Shown here piece by piece: positions 14,230 to 30,419 of a DNA stretch of 64,000 bases. The stretch comes from Eledone cirrhosa. Its lineage: Eukaryota. Position 1 is the first letter of the stretch. Every line of letters starts with the position of its first letter. The DNA lies in assembly GCA_964016885.1 (NCBI GenBank), contig OZ024745.1:34968001-35032000 (forward strand), read 5' to 3'. The notes beneath the pieces were generated by a model. That model saw only the letters and a program-made list of their open reading frames with translations. It was not told where the DNA came from and ran no database searches. Both the position numbers and the translations under genes were made by a program.

Positions 14230-14420
14230 ATGCTAGATCCTGTTTACCTGTTAAGAACTTTTCTTTTAATTCTTCAACTGATTTGGCTGAAAACTAAGTC
14301 ATCAGCATACAGGAGACCTCATAAGCAGCCTTGAACACCTATGTTATTGCTAAAAGAACTATAATAAACAAGCCTTGGTGGACACCTACCTAAATGCAAG
14401 CTAAATAAGCAGATTCTATG
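14230..14420 (-). mobile_element. Old LINE reverse transcriptase remnant
   Basis: Minus strand near 14293-14320 reads GLLYADDLV (RT catalytic motif); the flanks are decayed and the boundaries approximate. Confidence 0.45.
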
Positions 14421-14718
14421 CACTTTCAACATTTTAACCACAAAATAAACTAACACACATCTGCATACTAACTGAACATTTTACATTACTAATGCAAGAA
14501 ATACCAGATGAAAACAGGAGGGAACATTTACACAATCCTGACTGGCACCAGATTTAACCCCACCACATGCAGCAAGCATTTGGACCAGGTCTCTAGTTTG
14601 AAGATACCTTCCTCTCTCCCCAACACCAGTGTCAGACGCTCTGATAAATGTTTTGGGCACTGCAATTCCCTCCCTGACTAAACAGTAAAAAAAATATCAT
14701 AAAATTTTGAGAACAAAC

Positions 14719-14905
14719 CTGTTGACTCCCGTCTATATGACCTATTTGAAGAGGTTGGTTTTCGTCTTAGGGTCTCATATCTTGACCGACTGGCAGGTTT
14801 TGATTCATTGGATTTTGAAACTGAGGGTTTAGGCTTGTTATTCTCGGATGTCGAGGCCAAAGCAATGCGTCGTAGCTCTTCCAATTCATCATCCTCATCT
14901 TCAGC
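14719..14905 (-). CDS. ZFC3H1: ZFC3H1-like protein, internal coding exon
   Basis: Pyrimidine tract plus AAG acceptor, CAG|GTTTGT donor, 187 nt, phase 0/1, AEDEDDELEELRRIALAS. Confidence 0.85.
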
Positions 14906-15744
14906 CTTGAGAAGAGAAAAATATGAAAAGAAAATAATGATCAACTGTTAACATCCTGTACGACATGAAAACACACAAGACGTTCCTGAAAAGTACAAAA
15001 CAGCATTATGAGTTTAATACTGCAAATTTCCAGTGTCCACTAGTAAAGGATTGATAATTAGAAAATTAATAAAGTACTTAACCCTTTAGATACCAACTAC
15101 TTATGAGACTGCCCCTAGTTTTATGATACAAAACTGTACACTTTAAAGTATTTTATTTAAATTTATCCGATACTCCAGGGGGCAGCTATTATTTACTGAG
15201 CAAGCCAAAGAATATTCTACTAGACCAGTGTTTCTCAAAAATAGGAGTCTATGAAATTCTCGAGTTTTGAGAGTTCTCTTTATAAAATAATTTTTTTTAT
15301 GAAGAAATTCTTACTCTAAAACATTTTTTTTTTCATTTTTGTCTTAGGTTGGTGAGACCTGTCCATAAAATACAGGCTTGGCTTTCACGATTTTTCAAAC
15401 ATCATATGAGGGGTACTGCAACAAAATAGGTTTGGGAACTACTGCTCTAGATTAAATATTATTTGATAGTTTAAAATAACATTGAGAAAAATATATCCTA
15501 CTGCTCTTAGTTCTATGATATAAAACTATGTTTTATAGTGTTTATATTTATCTAAAAACCTCATCATAATATGTTAAGAACCTTTAAGTTATGCTCCAAA
15601 CACCAGCTTAATGATGAGAAAGTGAATTTACCTAATTCCTCCAAATTCTTGAATATTTTCAAAATTATTTGAAAATCACATGCTGTCTTTTATTAAAAAT
15701 GTGGTTAAGAAAGGGTTAAAGAAATATTAAAAAAAAAAACTTAC

Positions 15745-16097
15745 ATGAGAATTAACAAAAACTACTCTCTTTTCAGAATTGTCAGATCCAGATTTTGGTG
15801 CATTCCATCTACTTTTTTTCTTATTACCAGAATCTGAAGATTGTTCTTGAGAGCCTCTGGAGCTGACAGAAATAGTGCGATATGAGTCCCAATTCTTGTT
15901 GCCAGGGGGATGACTAGGTTTCTCCTGAACAGCTAGGTGTTCTTCTTCATCCAGATTGGCTATTTGTTTCTGGATACTACGATACTTTCTCAACAGGTCT
16001 TCATAGTCATTGTTTTCCTTGAGAGATGACATTTGATGAGCACCACCTGAGAATAATGATCCACGAGTCTCACGCATTCTCCGTTTCTTTTCCCATA
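15745..16097 (-). CDS. ZFC3H1: ZFC3H1-like protein, most 5' coding exon identified
   Basis: TGTTTGCAG acceptor, GTAAGT donor, 353 nt. DYEDLLRKYRSIQKQI resembles the recalled ZFC3H1 motif FEELLLKYKQIQLEL. The 11 exons splice into about 844 uninterrupted codons. Confidence 0.85.
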
Positions 16098-16788
16098 CTG
16101 CAAACAATTGTTAAGGGTAACAACAAACATATATATATATATTAAAAAATGTGTAATCTATACCAGAGGTTTCCAATCTTTAGGAGTACCATGAAATTAA
16201 ATTAATTTTAGCCAACATTTGGCTGTGAAATATATCTGAAATCTGACAATTAAATGCATTGACATGATTATTTTGTGTCACTAACAAAACTAAATGTGTT
16301 ATGAACAATTTAATAAAGTGTGTTGCCAATGTGAACAGTACATAAAACAATAAGAATAATATAAGTAAAACTGACTGATAGGAGAAAAAAATTTAATATA
16401 CAAGTTGACCCATGCCTTCAACAATGATGGTCATAGTGTTAAACATATTTACTTTTTGGAGTTCATGATTGGAATGTCATATATTCCAGGATTATCAACT
16501 TATATAAATAATCATACAAAATGGAAAATTCGCATTTCAGTAAATTAATGGTTTACAATAAAAAATTTAAAAAAACCTATAGTTTATGTCGATACTGACA
16601 CATGGAAGTGTTTAAAGATAAGAATGATATATTCCTAACTTATTTCTAGAATAAAATTACATAAATGTTCAGCATGAATGAATGATATACAGGATTAAAG
16701 GTATGAGTAACTTTAGAGAAATAGGGTAAATGCAGAGTTAACTGGAAAGTGAATTGTGTGTATAAATTTGAAAGTGTTTATATATATA

Positions 16789-17110
16789 TTCATTCATTTC
16801 ATTTCACGTCCGCTTTTCCCTGCTTGCAAGGGTGGGACGGGAACTGATTCTGGCTTGATTTCTACAGCTGGATGCCCTTCCTAACACCAAGCTCATTTAC
16901 AGTGAGTGCTGGGTGATTTTTTGGTGTGGCTCCTCCATGACCACTTTGCAGTGGAATGATATGGACCCCAGTCCCCATCATCTCATTTCTACAGTTGAGT
17001 AAACTGGAGCAATGTGAAATAAAGGAAACAACACATCACCCGGTCTGAGAATTGAACTCACAACCTTTCGATTGCAAGGCTAATGCTCTAACACTAAGCC
17101 ATGTGCCTCT
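16789..17110 (-). mobile_element. tRNA-derived CORE-type SINE, full length
   Basis: Reverse complement of the copy at 17981-18325, with a short internal deletion. Confidence 0.9.
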
Positions 17111-17129
17111 ATATATATATACATATATA

Positions 17130-17510
17130 TCGTTTCTGAATTCGTTTAGCAAGATTCTTTATCTGAAAACGTGTGTTGAAACCGATATTGTTATACTTTG
17201 GGAGGGTCATGTTGCCAATAAGAAACACACAGACACCCGGATGTAACACATGCACAAACTAAGCACACAACACACACAAAAACAAGATGGCGTAGGACAG
17301 AACAAAGGAGAGGCACAAAAACAAAGAAAAGAATCCCCAGTCACTGAAGAGGTCACAGAATGTGTTACAAAAGAACTTTGACAATATATAAACAATCATC
17401 TGGTTGTGGAACCAACCAACCGGAAATTTATAAATTTATTATAATAAATTGAAGTGAAAGCAACTGGTGTGTGTGTTTCTTATTAGCAACATGACCCTCC
17501 CAAAGTATAA
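17130..17510 (+). mobile_element. Non-coding TA-flanked element with 41-bp inverted arms and a hammerhead-like core (probable Penelope-type pseudo-LTR derivative)
   Basis: 17191-17231 is the near-perfect inverse of 17470-17510. Internal motif GTCA-CTGAAGA...AAAA-GAACTT-TGAC. Homologous to 58790-59145. Confidence 0.6.
17340..17382 (+). ncRNA. Degenerate minimal type I hammerhead ribozyme motif (GAAA box mutated to AAAA)
   Basis: Helix I GTCA/TGAC, CTGAAGA, helix II with CACA-gaa-TGTG, AAAA, then G-AA-C-T-T. Confidence 0.5.
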
Positions 17511-17527
17511 TATATATATATATACAT

Positions 17528-17764
<237 letters not shown>

Positions 17765-17817
17765 ACGTCTAACCCATGCTAGCGTGGAAAAACGGACGTA
17801 AAACGATGATGATGATA
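17765..17817 (+). mobile_element. Extremely 5'-truncated RTE/SINE 3' tail inside a TA run
   Basis: CGTCTAACCCATGCTAGCGTGGAAAAACGGACGTAAAACGATGATGATGAT, the same terminus as the RTE fragments at 23325 and 34080. Confidence 0.8.
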
Positions 17818-17980
17818 TGTATATATATATATGTGTGTATATATGTATATATATATATGTATATATATGTATATATATATATATATGTGTATATATGTAT
17901 ATATATATATATATGTATATATATGTGTGTATATATATATATATATATGTGTATATATATGTGTGTATATATATATATAT

Positions 17981-18325
17981 GGAGGCACATGGCTTAGTGG
18001 TTAGAGCATTGGCCTTGCAATCGAAAGGTTGTGAGTTCAATTCTCAGACCGGGTGATGTGTTGTTTCCTTGAGCAAGACACTTTATTTCACATTGCTCCA
18101 GTTTACTCAGCTGTAGAAATGAGATGAAAGGGACTGAGGTCCATATCATTCCACTGCAAAGTGGTCGTGGAGGTGCCACGGCAAAAAAGCACCCAGCACT
18201 CACTGTAAATGAGGTTGGTGTTAGGAAGGGCATCCAGCTGTAGAAATCAAGCCAGAATCAGTTCCCGTCCCACCCTTGCAAGCAGGGAAAAGCGGACGTA
18301 AAATGAAATGATGATGAATGATGAT
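17981..18325 (+). mobile_element. tRNA-derived CORE-type SINE with RTE-derived tail, full length
   Basis: A box TGGCTTAGTGG, B box GAGTTCAATTC, MIR/CORE-like CCTTGAGCAAGACACTTT...CAGTTTACTCAGCTGTAGAAATG, and a 3' end shared with the RTE at 182-636. Confidence 0.9.
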
Positions 18326-18334
18326 ATATATATA

Positions 18335-19635
18335 CGAGGGGGGATCAAAAAGTTCGCAGAATTTTTCAGAAAATATTCTATTTTTCAAAAAATATGATTT
18401 ACCTTCAATTTATTTTTCTACATAGTTGCCATCCAGGTCAATACACTTGACAAGGCAATGCTTCCAACTCTGTCAGCCGTCTCTAAAGAAAGTTGAAGGC
18501 CTTGTTCGAAGCCATGTGTTGGCAGTGTTTTTAGCTTCTTCAACATCACTAAAACGGTTCCTTTTAGCATTTCTTTGAGTTTTGGAAAGAGGAAAAAGTC
18601 TGATGGGGCTAAATCTGGACTATAAAGCGGGTGAGGAAGCACTTCCCATCGAAATTCTCGAAGAACTTCTTTTGCAACCCGCGCAGGTGCATTGTCATGG
18701 TCAAACAAGGTCCCACCATGAAGTTTCCCTTTTCGTTTTTTGACGAATGCCTTTTTCAGTTTCCTTAAAACATTTGCATAGTAAGCTCTTGTCACAGTTC
18801 TTTGACCTTCAAGATAATCTATTAGTATCACCCCATCTGAATCCCAGAAAATGGTGGCCATCACTTTTTTATCCGACTTTTGAGATTTGAACTTGATTGG
18901 CCCCGATGATCCACGTGGAAGCCACTGTTTTGACTGCTGTTTGGATTCAGGATCATACTGGTAGATCCAGGTTTCATCTCCGGTGATGATTCTGGTCAGG
19001 AAATGCTCTTAATCAACTTCAATTTTGTTTAATATCGCCAAAGACAGATCACTTCGAAGAATCAGCTAATCAGGGCGCAACGCTTTTGGGACCCATCGCA
19101 CTGAAAGCTTGCTTAGTCCCAAATTATCGTGCAGAATTGAATTTGCTGAACCATATGAAATGTCTAGGGACTTAGCTAACTGATTAACTGTTATTCTTCG
19201 ATCTTCTTCAATTAAAGTCTGAGCAGCCTCAACGTTTGGTCATTTTTTGATGTACCTAGTCTTCCACTGCGATGGTTGTCTTCAAGGTCGTCTCTCCTTG
19301 TTTGAATCGATGAATCCACTTGTAGACAGCAGTTTTCTTTGGAGCAGTAGTACCGTAAACTTTAACTAAAGACTCCATAATCTGTGCCCCTTTCCATTTG
19401 AGTTTCACCAGAAACTTGATATTCGATCTTATCTCAAAATAACTATTTTCCATTGTTCCAAAAAGAGTTTTTTTTAAAGAGTATCAGTACTATACAATAG
19501 TCCGCACATCACTGACTGCAAGTGACTAATAGCAAGGTAAACACCCAGTGACAATGTTGTGACATGTTTAATATTGTTTTAACCTATTTTTTTCTTACTA
19601 CAATAAAATTCCGCGACCTTTTTGATCCTCCCTCG
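18335..19635 (-). mobile_element. Full-length (1301 bp) mariner DNA transposon with disrupted transposase
   Basis: TIRs CGAGGGGGGATCAAAAAGTTCGCAGAATTTT and its near-inverse, TA on both flanks. Transposase pieces MENSYFEIRSNIKF...VYKWIHRF, ATIFWD, HDNAPA and YSPDLAPSDFFLF are broken by stops and frameshifts. Confidence 0.95.
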
Positions 19636-19659
19636 TATATATATATATGTATATATATA

Positions 19660-19702
<43 letters not shown>

Positions 19703-19906
19703 GGAGGCACATGGCTTAGTGGTTAGAGCATTAGCCTTGCAATCGAAAGGTTGTGAGTTCAATTCTGAGATCGGGTGATGTGTTGTTTCCTTGAGCAAGA
19801 CACTTTATTTCACATTGCTCCAGTTTACTCAGCTGTAGAAATGAGATGATAGGGACTGGGGCCCAAATCATTCCACTGCAAAGTGGTCGTGGAGGTGCCA
19901 CGGCAA

Positions 19907-19910
<4 letters not shown>
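19703..19910 (+). mobile_element. tRNA/CORE SINE, 5' half (continues at 38249)
   Basis: Matches 17981-18188 and stops at GCAAAAAA. Confidence 0.9.
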
Positions 19911-23324
<3,414 letters not shown>

Positions 23325-23989
23325 TCATCATCATCATCATCACCGTTTTACCTCTGTTCTTCCATGCTAGCATGGGTTAGACGGGTTGTCCTGTTGTGGG
23401 CAGTGTCTGGTCGGCTGACCATGCCTTGCTCATACAGGAACTGATCTGGATTGATTTCTACAGCTGGATGCCCTTCCTAACACCAACCTCATTTACAGTG
23501 AGTGCTGGGTGCTTTTTCGTGGCGCCTACACGTCCACTTTACAGTGTGGGCTGGGTGCTTTTTTGCCGTGGCACCTCCACGACCACCTTGCGGTGGGGGG
23601 GGGGGGGGGGGGGGGCATATTGTTTATATGCTTCAGCATGTACCCATGGGAGGTCGGGTACCCTGTATTACTGCATGACGCCAGAAGTCACGGTCGTGTG
23701 TCATTGACTTTGAGAGGTGTAGTTGGGTAAGGTCGGCTTTTATCACCTCATCCCAAGTCATCTTGGGTCTCCCCACTCCGCGGTTTCCATCAACTTCTAG
23801 TGCTCTGCACCTTTTTATGCAGCTGTCATCCTTCATACGCATCACATGTCCATACCAGCGTAACCGCCTCTCCTGCACGCAGCATTTGATTCCTCTTATG
23901 CTCAGTCTCTCTCTCAATTCCTTTATGCTTTGTCGTTCACGTATATTACTGTTACACATCCATCGGAGCATGCAGGCTTCGTTTCTCTC
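23325..23989 (-). mobile_element. 5'-truncated RTE LINE (family A): RT C-terminus, 3' UTR, (GAT)n tail
   Basis: [12 protein letters not shown]...[11 protein letters not shown]...GRPKMTW followed by a 3' UTR ending in GATGATGAT. Confidence 0.92.
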
Positions 23990-25737
<1,748 letters not shown>

Positions 25738-25738
<1 letters not shown>

Positions 25739-28591
25739 GACAATCACCTGATCACCTATAGATCCGGGGAACACACAAGCCAGGTAGATTATATCCTTAC
25801 CAGAAGACGTGACAGAGTGTCTGTTGTTAACACTAAATCCCTCCCCCATGAAGAATGCACCTCCCAACATAGACTGATAATTAGCGACCTCATAGTCAGG
25901 ACGAGACGTACTCGACAACAGAAGAGGACTATCCTCAGGAGGAAAATATGGAAGCTAAAGGACCCCACAGCCAGGAATAAATTTCAAAGCATATTACTTG
26001 ATGCTTTCGACAGTAAGGAAGAACATTTAGAGTCGGACAATATAGAGGGAGAGTGGGAATTTCTGAAAGCAAACCTGCTGTTGGCGACAGACGAGGTCTG
26101 TGGCTGGAGCAGGCCTGTAGGCAGGAGGAGAGTAACATGGTGGTGGAACAGTAAGGTGGAGGGGTCAATTAAGGCCAAAAAGCAGGCTTGGAAAGTATGG
26201 CGGGATGGGGGAAGTAGAGAGGACTATCAAGTGGCCAGGAGGGAAGCTAGGAGACAAGTGTACTTAGCAAGAAGGGAAGCTGAGGAAAGAAAGTTCAAGC
26301 ATGTTCTACAACGCGATGACCAAAAACGTGAGGTGTTCAGGATTGCTAGGCAATGCGTCAAGGAAAACCGTGATATTGTCGGGGAGAAGTGTGTACTAAA
26401 CGACGATGGCACACTTGCCATCACCGACGCTGATAAGAAGGTAGCTTGGAAGTGTCACTATGAAAGGCTTCTAAATGAGGAGAATAATTGGGAGAAAGGC
26501 AGTCTCCCCCATATCGACCCAATAGAGGGACCAGCAGTGTTAGTCGAGGGGAGTATAATAAGTAAGGCAATCAAGGATATGAAGACTGGTAAGGCGGCTG
26601 GGCCTTCGGAAATAGTTGCTGAGATGCTGAAGGCATCTGGCACGGTGGGACACACCATGGTCACCCGCATAGTTAACCAAGTCGTACAGAATGGGGTTGT
26701 TCCGAAGGACTGGCATAGCAGCATCATCGTTAACTGTTATAAGGGTAAAGGAGACGCCCTAGATAGGAGTAACTATAGAGGCATTAAATTAATCGACCAG
26801 GTCATGAAGGTCACGGAAAGAGTAATAGCGCAACTAATCAGAGAGAGAATTGACCTAGATGAAATGCAGTTCGGGTTTGTGTCAGGCAAAAGTACCACAG
26901 ACGCTCTTTTCATAGTACGACAACTACAGGAGAAGTACCTAGCTAAAGGTAAACCCCTCTACTTAGCTTTTGTCGACTTGGAGAAAGCCTTCGACAGAGT
27001 CCCCCGCTCCATTATCTGGTGGGCTCTTAGAAAACTAGGCGTTGACGAATGGCTTGTGAGGGCTATACAAGCCATGTATAAAGAAACAGTCAGCAAGGTT
27101 AGAATTAACAACGAATATAGTGAAGAGTTTAGCGTAAAAGTTGGCGTCCATCAGGGCTCTGTTCTCGGTCCACTACTATTTATTATTGCCCTTCAGGCTA
27201 TAACAGAGGAGTTCAAGACAGGCTGCCCATGGGAACTCCTATACGCAGACGACCTGACACTCATAGCGGAATCAATGGCCGAGCTAGAGAAGAAATTCCA
27301 AACATGGAAGCACGGCCTAGAGTCAAAAGGACTTAAAATTAACCTGGCTAAGACCAAAGTACTAGTTTGTAGGAAAGAAAACAAGGCGGCGGTCCCTTCT
27401 GGGAAATGGTCGTGCTCGGTGTGTAGGAAAGGCGTAGGTAGAAACTCCATTTTATGTCCTAAATGCAAAGTATGGGTGCATAAAAGATGTAGTGGGATCA
27501 CAGGTAAGCTAACTAAGAACATAGATTTTGCATGTGGCCGGTGCTCTGGTGCAATAAGTAGCAGCAAGTGCCCACAAACTACTAGCTCTTTCAATTGCGC
27601 AGAGGGTTCTATAGAAATAGTGGACAGCTTCCGTTACCTGGGCGATAAAATCAGCAGTGGGGGAGGGTGCTCTGAAAGTACTGTAGCTAGAGTCAGAACT
27701 GGTTGGAAAAAGTTCAGAGAGCTTATACCACTATTAGCTGCTAAAGGGTTCTCACTAAAAATGAAAGGCAGGTTGTACGATGCCTGCATACGAACAGCAA
27801 TGCTGCATGGCAGTGAGACCTGGGCATTGTGTGCAGAGGATATACGCAGACTAGAGAGGAACGAAGCTTGCATGCTCCGCTGGATGTGTAACAGTAATAT
27901 ACGTGAACGGCAAAGCATAAACGAACTAAGGAAAAAATTAGAGATAAGAGGGATCAGATGTTGTTTACTCGAGAGAAGGCTACGTTGGTATGGACACGTG
28001 ATGCGCATGAAAGTCGATAGCTGTATAACAAAGTGCAGGGCAATAAAGATAGACGGTAGTCACGGAATAGGCAGACCTAGAAAAACCTGGGACGAGCTGA
28101 TAAACTCCGACATCACACACTTACACCTCTCCAAGACAATGTCACTGGACCGAGACCTTTGGCGGTACTCAGTAACAGAGAAGACCCGCCTTACCTAAAT
28201 ATATAGTAAAACCTACTCCAGCCAGTAGGCATCTCTAACAAAATACACCCCGTCCCACCACCCCCACCCCCACCCCATCCACACCACCCCGTTCTATGTA
28301 AAGTTATGTTGGTGCCGCGCCTTCGAGGCCGAAACAAATGAGATCGTGTAGGTGTCACGACAAAAAAACACACAGTCCACGCTGTAATGTGGCCGTGTAG
28401 GCAACACGGTAAAAACCTCCCAGACCCACACTGTAAATGTGGTTGGTGTTAGGAAGGGCATCCAACTGTAGAAAACCTGCCAGACAGTCCTATGCGAGCA
28501 AGACAATCACTCTTGCCTCAAGTGGGACTACCCCCGTCCAAACCCATGCAAGCGTGGAACACGGACGTTAAACGTTGATGATGATGATGAT
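25738..28591 (+). mobile_element. 5'-truncated RTE LINE (family B) with an uninterrupted ORF: end of APE, RT, PHD-like finger
   Basis: SQVDYIL/SQHRL (APE end), [35 protein letters not shown]; stop at 28198; 3' UTR ends (GAT)n. The IY N-terminus in the ORF track is microsatellite. Confidence 0.95.
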
Positions 28592-28598
28592 ATATATG

Positions 28599-28630
<32 letters not shown>

Positions 28631-28677
28631 CATATGTATAGCAGTTGAGCAGTTGAAGTATAAGGACGTGTTTTTAC

Positions 28678-28711
<34 letters not shown>

Positions 28712-28826
28712 TATGATATAGCAGTTGAGCAGTTGAAGTATAAGGACGTGTTTTTACTTCTCTCCCCGAGTAAGCAGCAAGTCACACAGCCACAAAACAA
28801 AACCACAAGACAAAACCAAACAAACA

Positions 28827-28980
28827 AAAATTGACCGGTTAATACATTTTCATACATCTATATTATTATATATTTGAAAATTGACCGGTTAATACATTTT
28901 TCATACATCTATATTATTATATATTTGAAAATTGACCGGTTAATACATTTTTCATACATCTATATTATTATATACTTGAA
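28827..28980 (+). repeat. Three tandem copies of a ~51-bp unit in the LINE 5' UTR
   Basis: AAAATTGACCGGTTAATACATTTT(T)CATACATCTATATTATTATATATTTG repeated three times. Confidence 0.95.
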
Positions 28981-29081
28981 ACCACGTGTTTTCGAACTTG
29001 TGAGTACATTTTCCTTTAACTACAAATTATTATTATATACTTTCGTCTTTTCATTAACTTAATTAATTTCAAATAACCAGA

Positions 29082-29114
<33 letters not shown>

Positions 29115-29249
29115 CTCATATTTATATATATACGCTTCTCACTCACACACAAGAAAAACAAAAAACAAAAATAAATCAAAAATAAATTAAAAAAAAAAAA
29201 TATATATATTGAAATACTTAACTAAAACACACACACACTCAAAACTAGA

Positions 29250-30419
29250 ATGGCTAACCAGCAAAAATCCAAACAGAACTGGTCTGATAATGAAATCGAC
29301 ATTCTAATAAACACATGGCATTGCCTTTCCCAAACTGAAGACATACATGCTTCATCTCTGAACGACATTGCTAAACGTACAGTTCAATTTTTGAAAACTC
29401 GATCTGAACAACAGATTCAAAATAAATTAAAGCAAATCGAAATTGCTTTTAAATTAATCAATAAACATTTGGATAAACTACGGTGTGTTTTCTCTTCGAA
29501 TGCTGTCCAGCAGCAGCAACAACAACAACAGCAGCTACAACAGCAACAACAACAACAGCTACAACAACAACATCAACAACAGCTACAACAACAACATCAA
29601 CAACAGCAACAACAACAACAACGACAACAACAGTGTGAACCACTCCTTGATTCATCAACAATGGCCGATCTACTAAATGAAACTATTGACCCCCCAGTAG
29701 CCTCTGTCTCACAGCATGAAACGCCACATCCTTTCTCTGGCCCAGCAGTCCAATCATCACCACTGCCAACATCTCTGCCTACTACTACTACTACAACATT
29801 TTTGTCTACTGCTATGTCAAGGAATTTACCTTCTAATACCAGAACAAGAACTCTCCCTCCCACAGTCCACAAAGGTCGTCAAATCCTACCCAAACCATCA
29901 TCTACACCTCTCACAACACCCACACCCACATACCCACCCACTCGAAACCCCATCATTTGCCGCTACTCTCTACGCTATAGAATATGTACGGATAGTGGCT
30001 GCAAATTCACCCATTTACCTAGGACAAAACGATCTATCCCCACAAACAGCCACCACCATAATACATACTCTAATTTAACACCAACACAACCACCAATAAC
30101 TCAAACAAGGAATCCACAAATCTGCCGTTTTTCCCTGCGAGACAGATTGTGTTTAGACCGGGATTGTCCCTTTACCCATCTCCCGGGGACCCGTCGGATA
30201 AATGAAAATAAAATTAAAAATAAAAGCAAAAACAAAAACCATAACCTACATAAAAATAACCACTACCACAGTCACCAACAGTCTTCTAAACAGGAAACTT
30301 CTTCCTCTTTTTTAGCCATAATGAATCTGGCAAAAGAACTGGAAAAAAACATTCGAGCTATCACCCAGCACCACCCTCCACTATCACCCCACTGCACAAA
30401 CTCCCATTGCTGCCATTAA
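29250..30419 (+). CDS. LINE ORF1 protein (Myb/SANT-like N-terminus, polyQ, two CCCH zinc fingers)
   Basis: 389-aa ATG-initiated ORF directly upstream of ORF2; NWSDNEIDILINTW...RSEQQIQNKL; two C-x8-C-x4-C-x3-H motifs. Confidence 0.85.
   Translation: MANQQKSKQNWSDNEIDILINTWHCLSQTEDIHASSLNDIAKRTVQFLKTRSEQQIQNKLKQIEIAFKLINKHLDKLRCVFSSNAVQQQQQQQQQLQQQQQQQLQQQHQQQLQQQHQQQQQQQQRQQQCEPLLDSSTMADLLNETIDPPVASVSQHETPHPFSGPAVQSSPLPTSLPTTTTTTFLSTAMSRNLPSNTRTRTLPPTVHKGRQILPKPSSTPLTTPTPTYPPTRNPIICRYSLRYRICTDSGCKFTHLPRTKRSIPTNSHHHNTYSNLTPTQPPITQTRNPQICRFSLRDRLCLDRDCPFTHLPGTRRINENKIKNKSKNKNHNLHKNNHYHSHQQSSKQETSSSFLAIMNLAKELEKNIRAITQHHPPLSPHCTNSHCCH

Noticed and set aside
17981-18052. Possible tRNA gene (A and B boxes, TGC-like anticodon loop)
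   Set aside because: No proper acceptor stem; it continues into a CORE domain and occurs five times as a SINE head.
28827-28980. Regularly spaced repeats resembling a CRISPR array
   Set aside because: The units are contiguous with no unique spacers, there are no cas genes, and they lie in a eukaryotic LINE 5' UTR.
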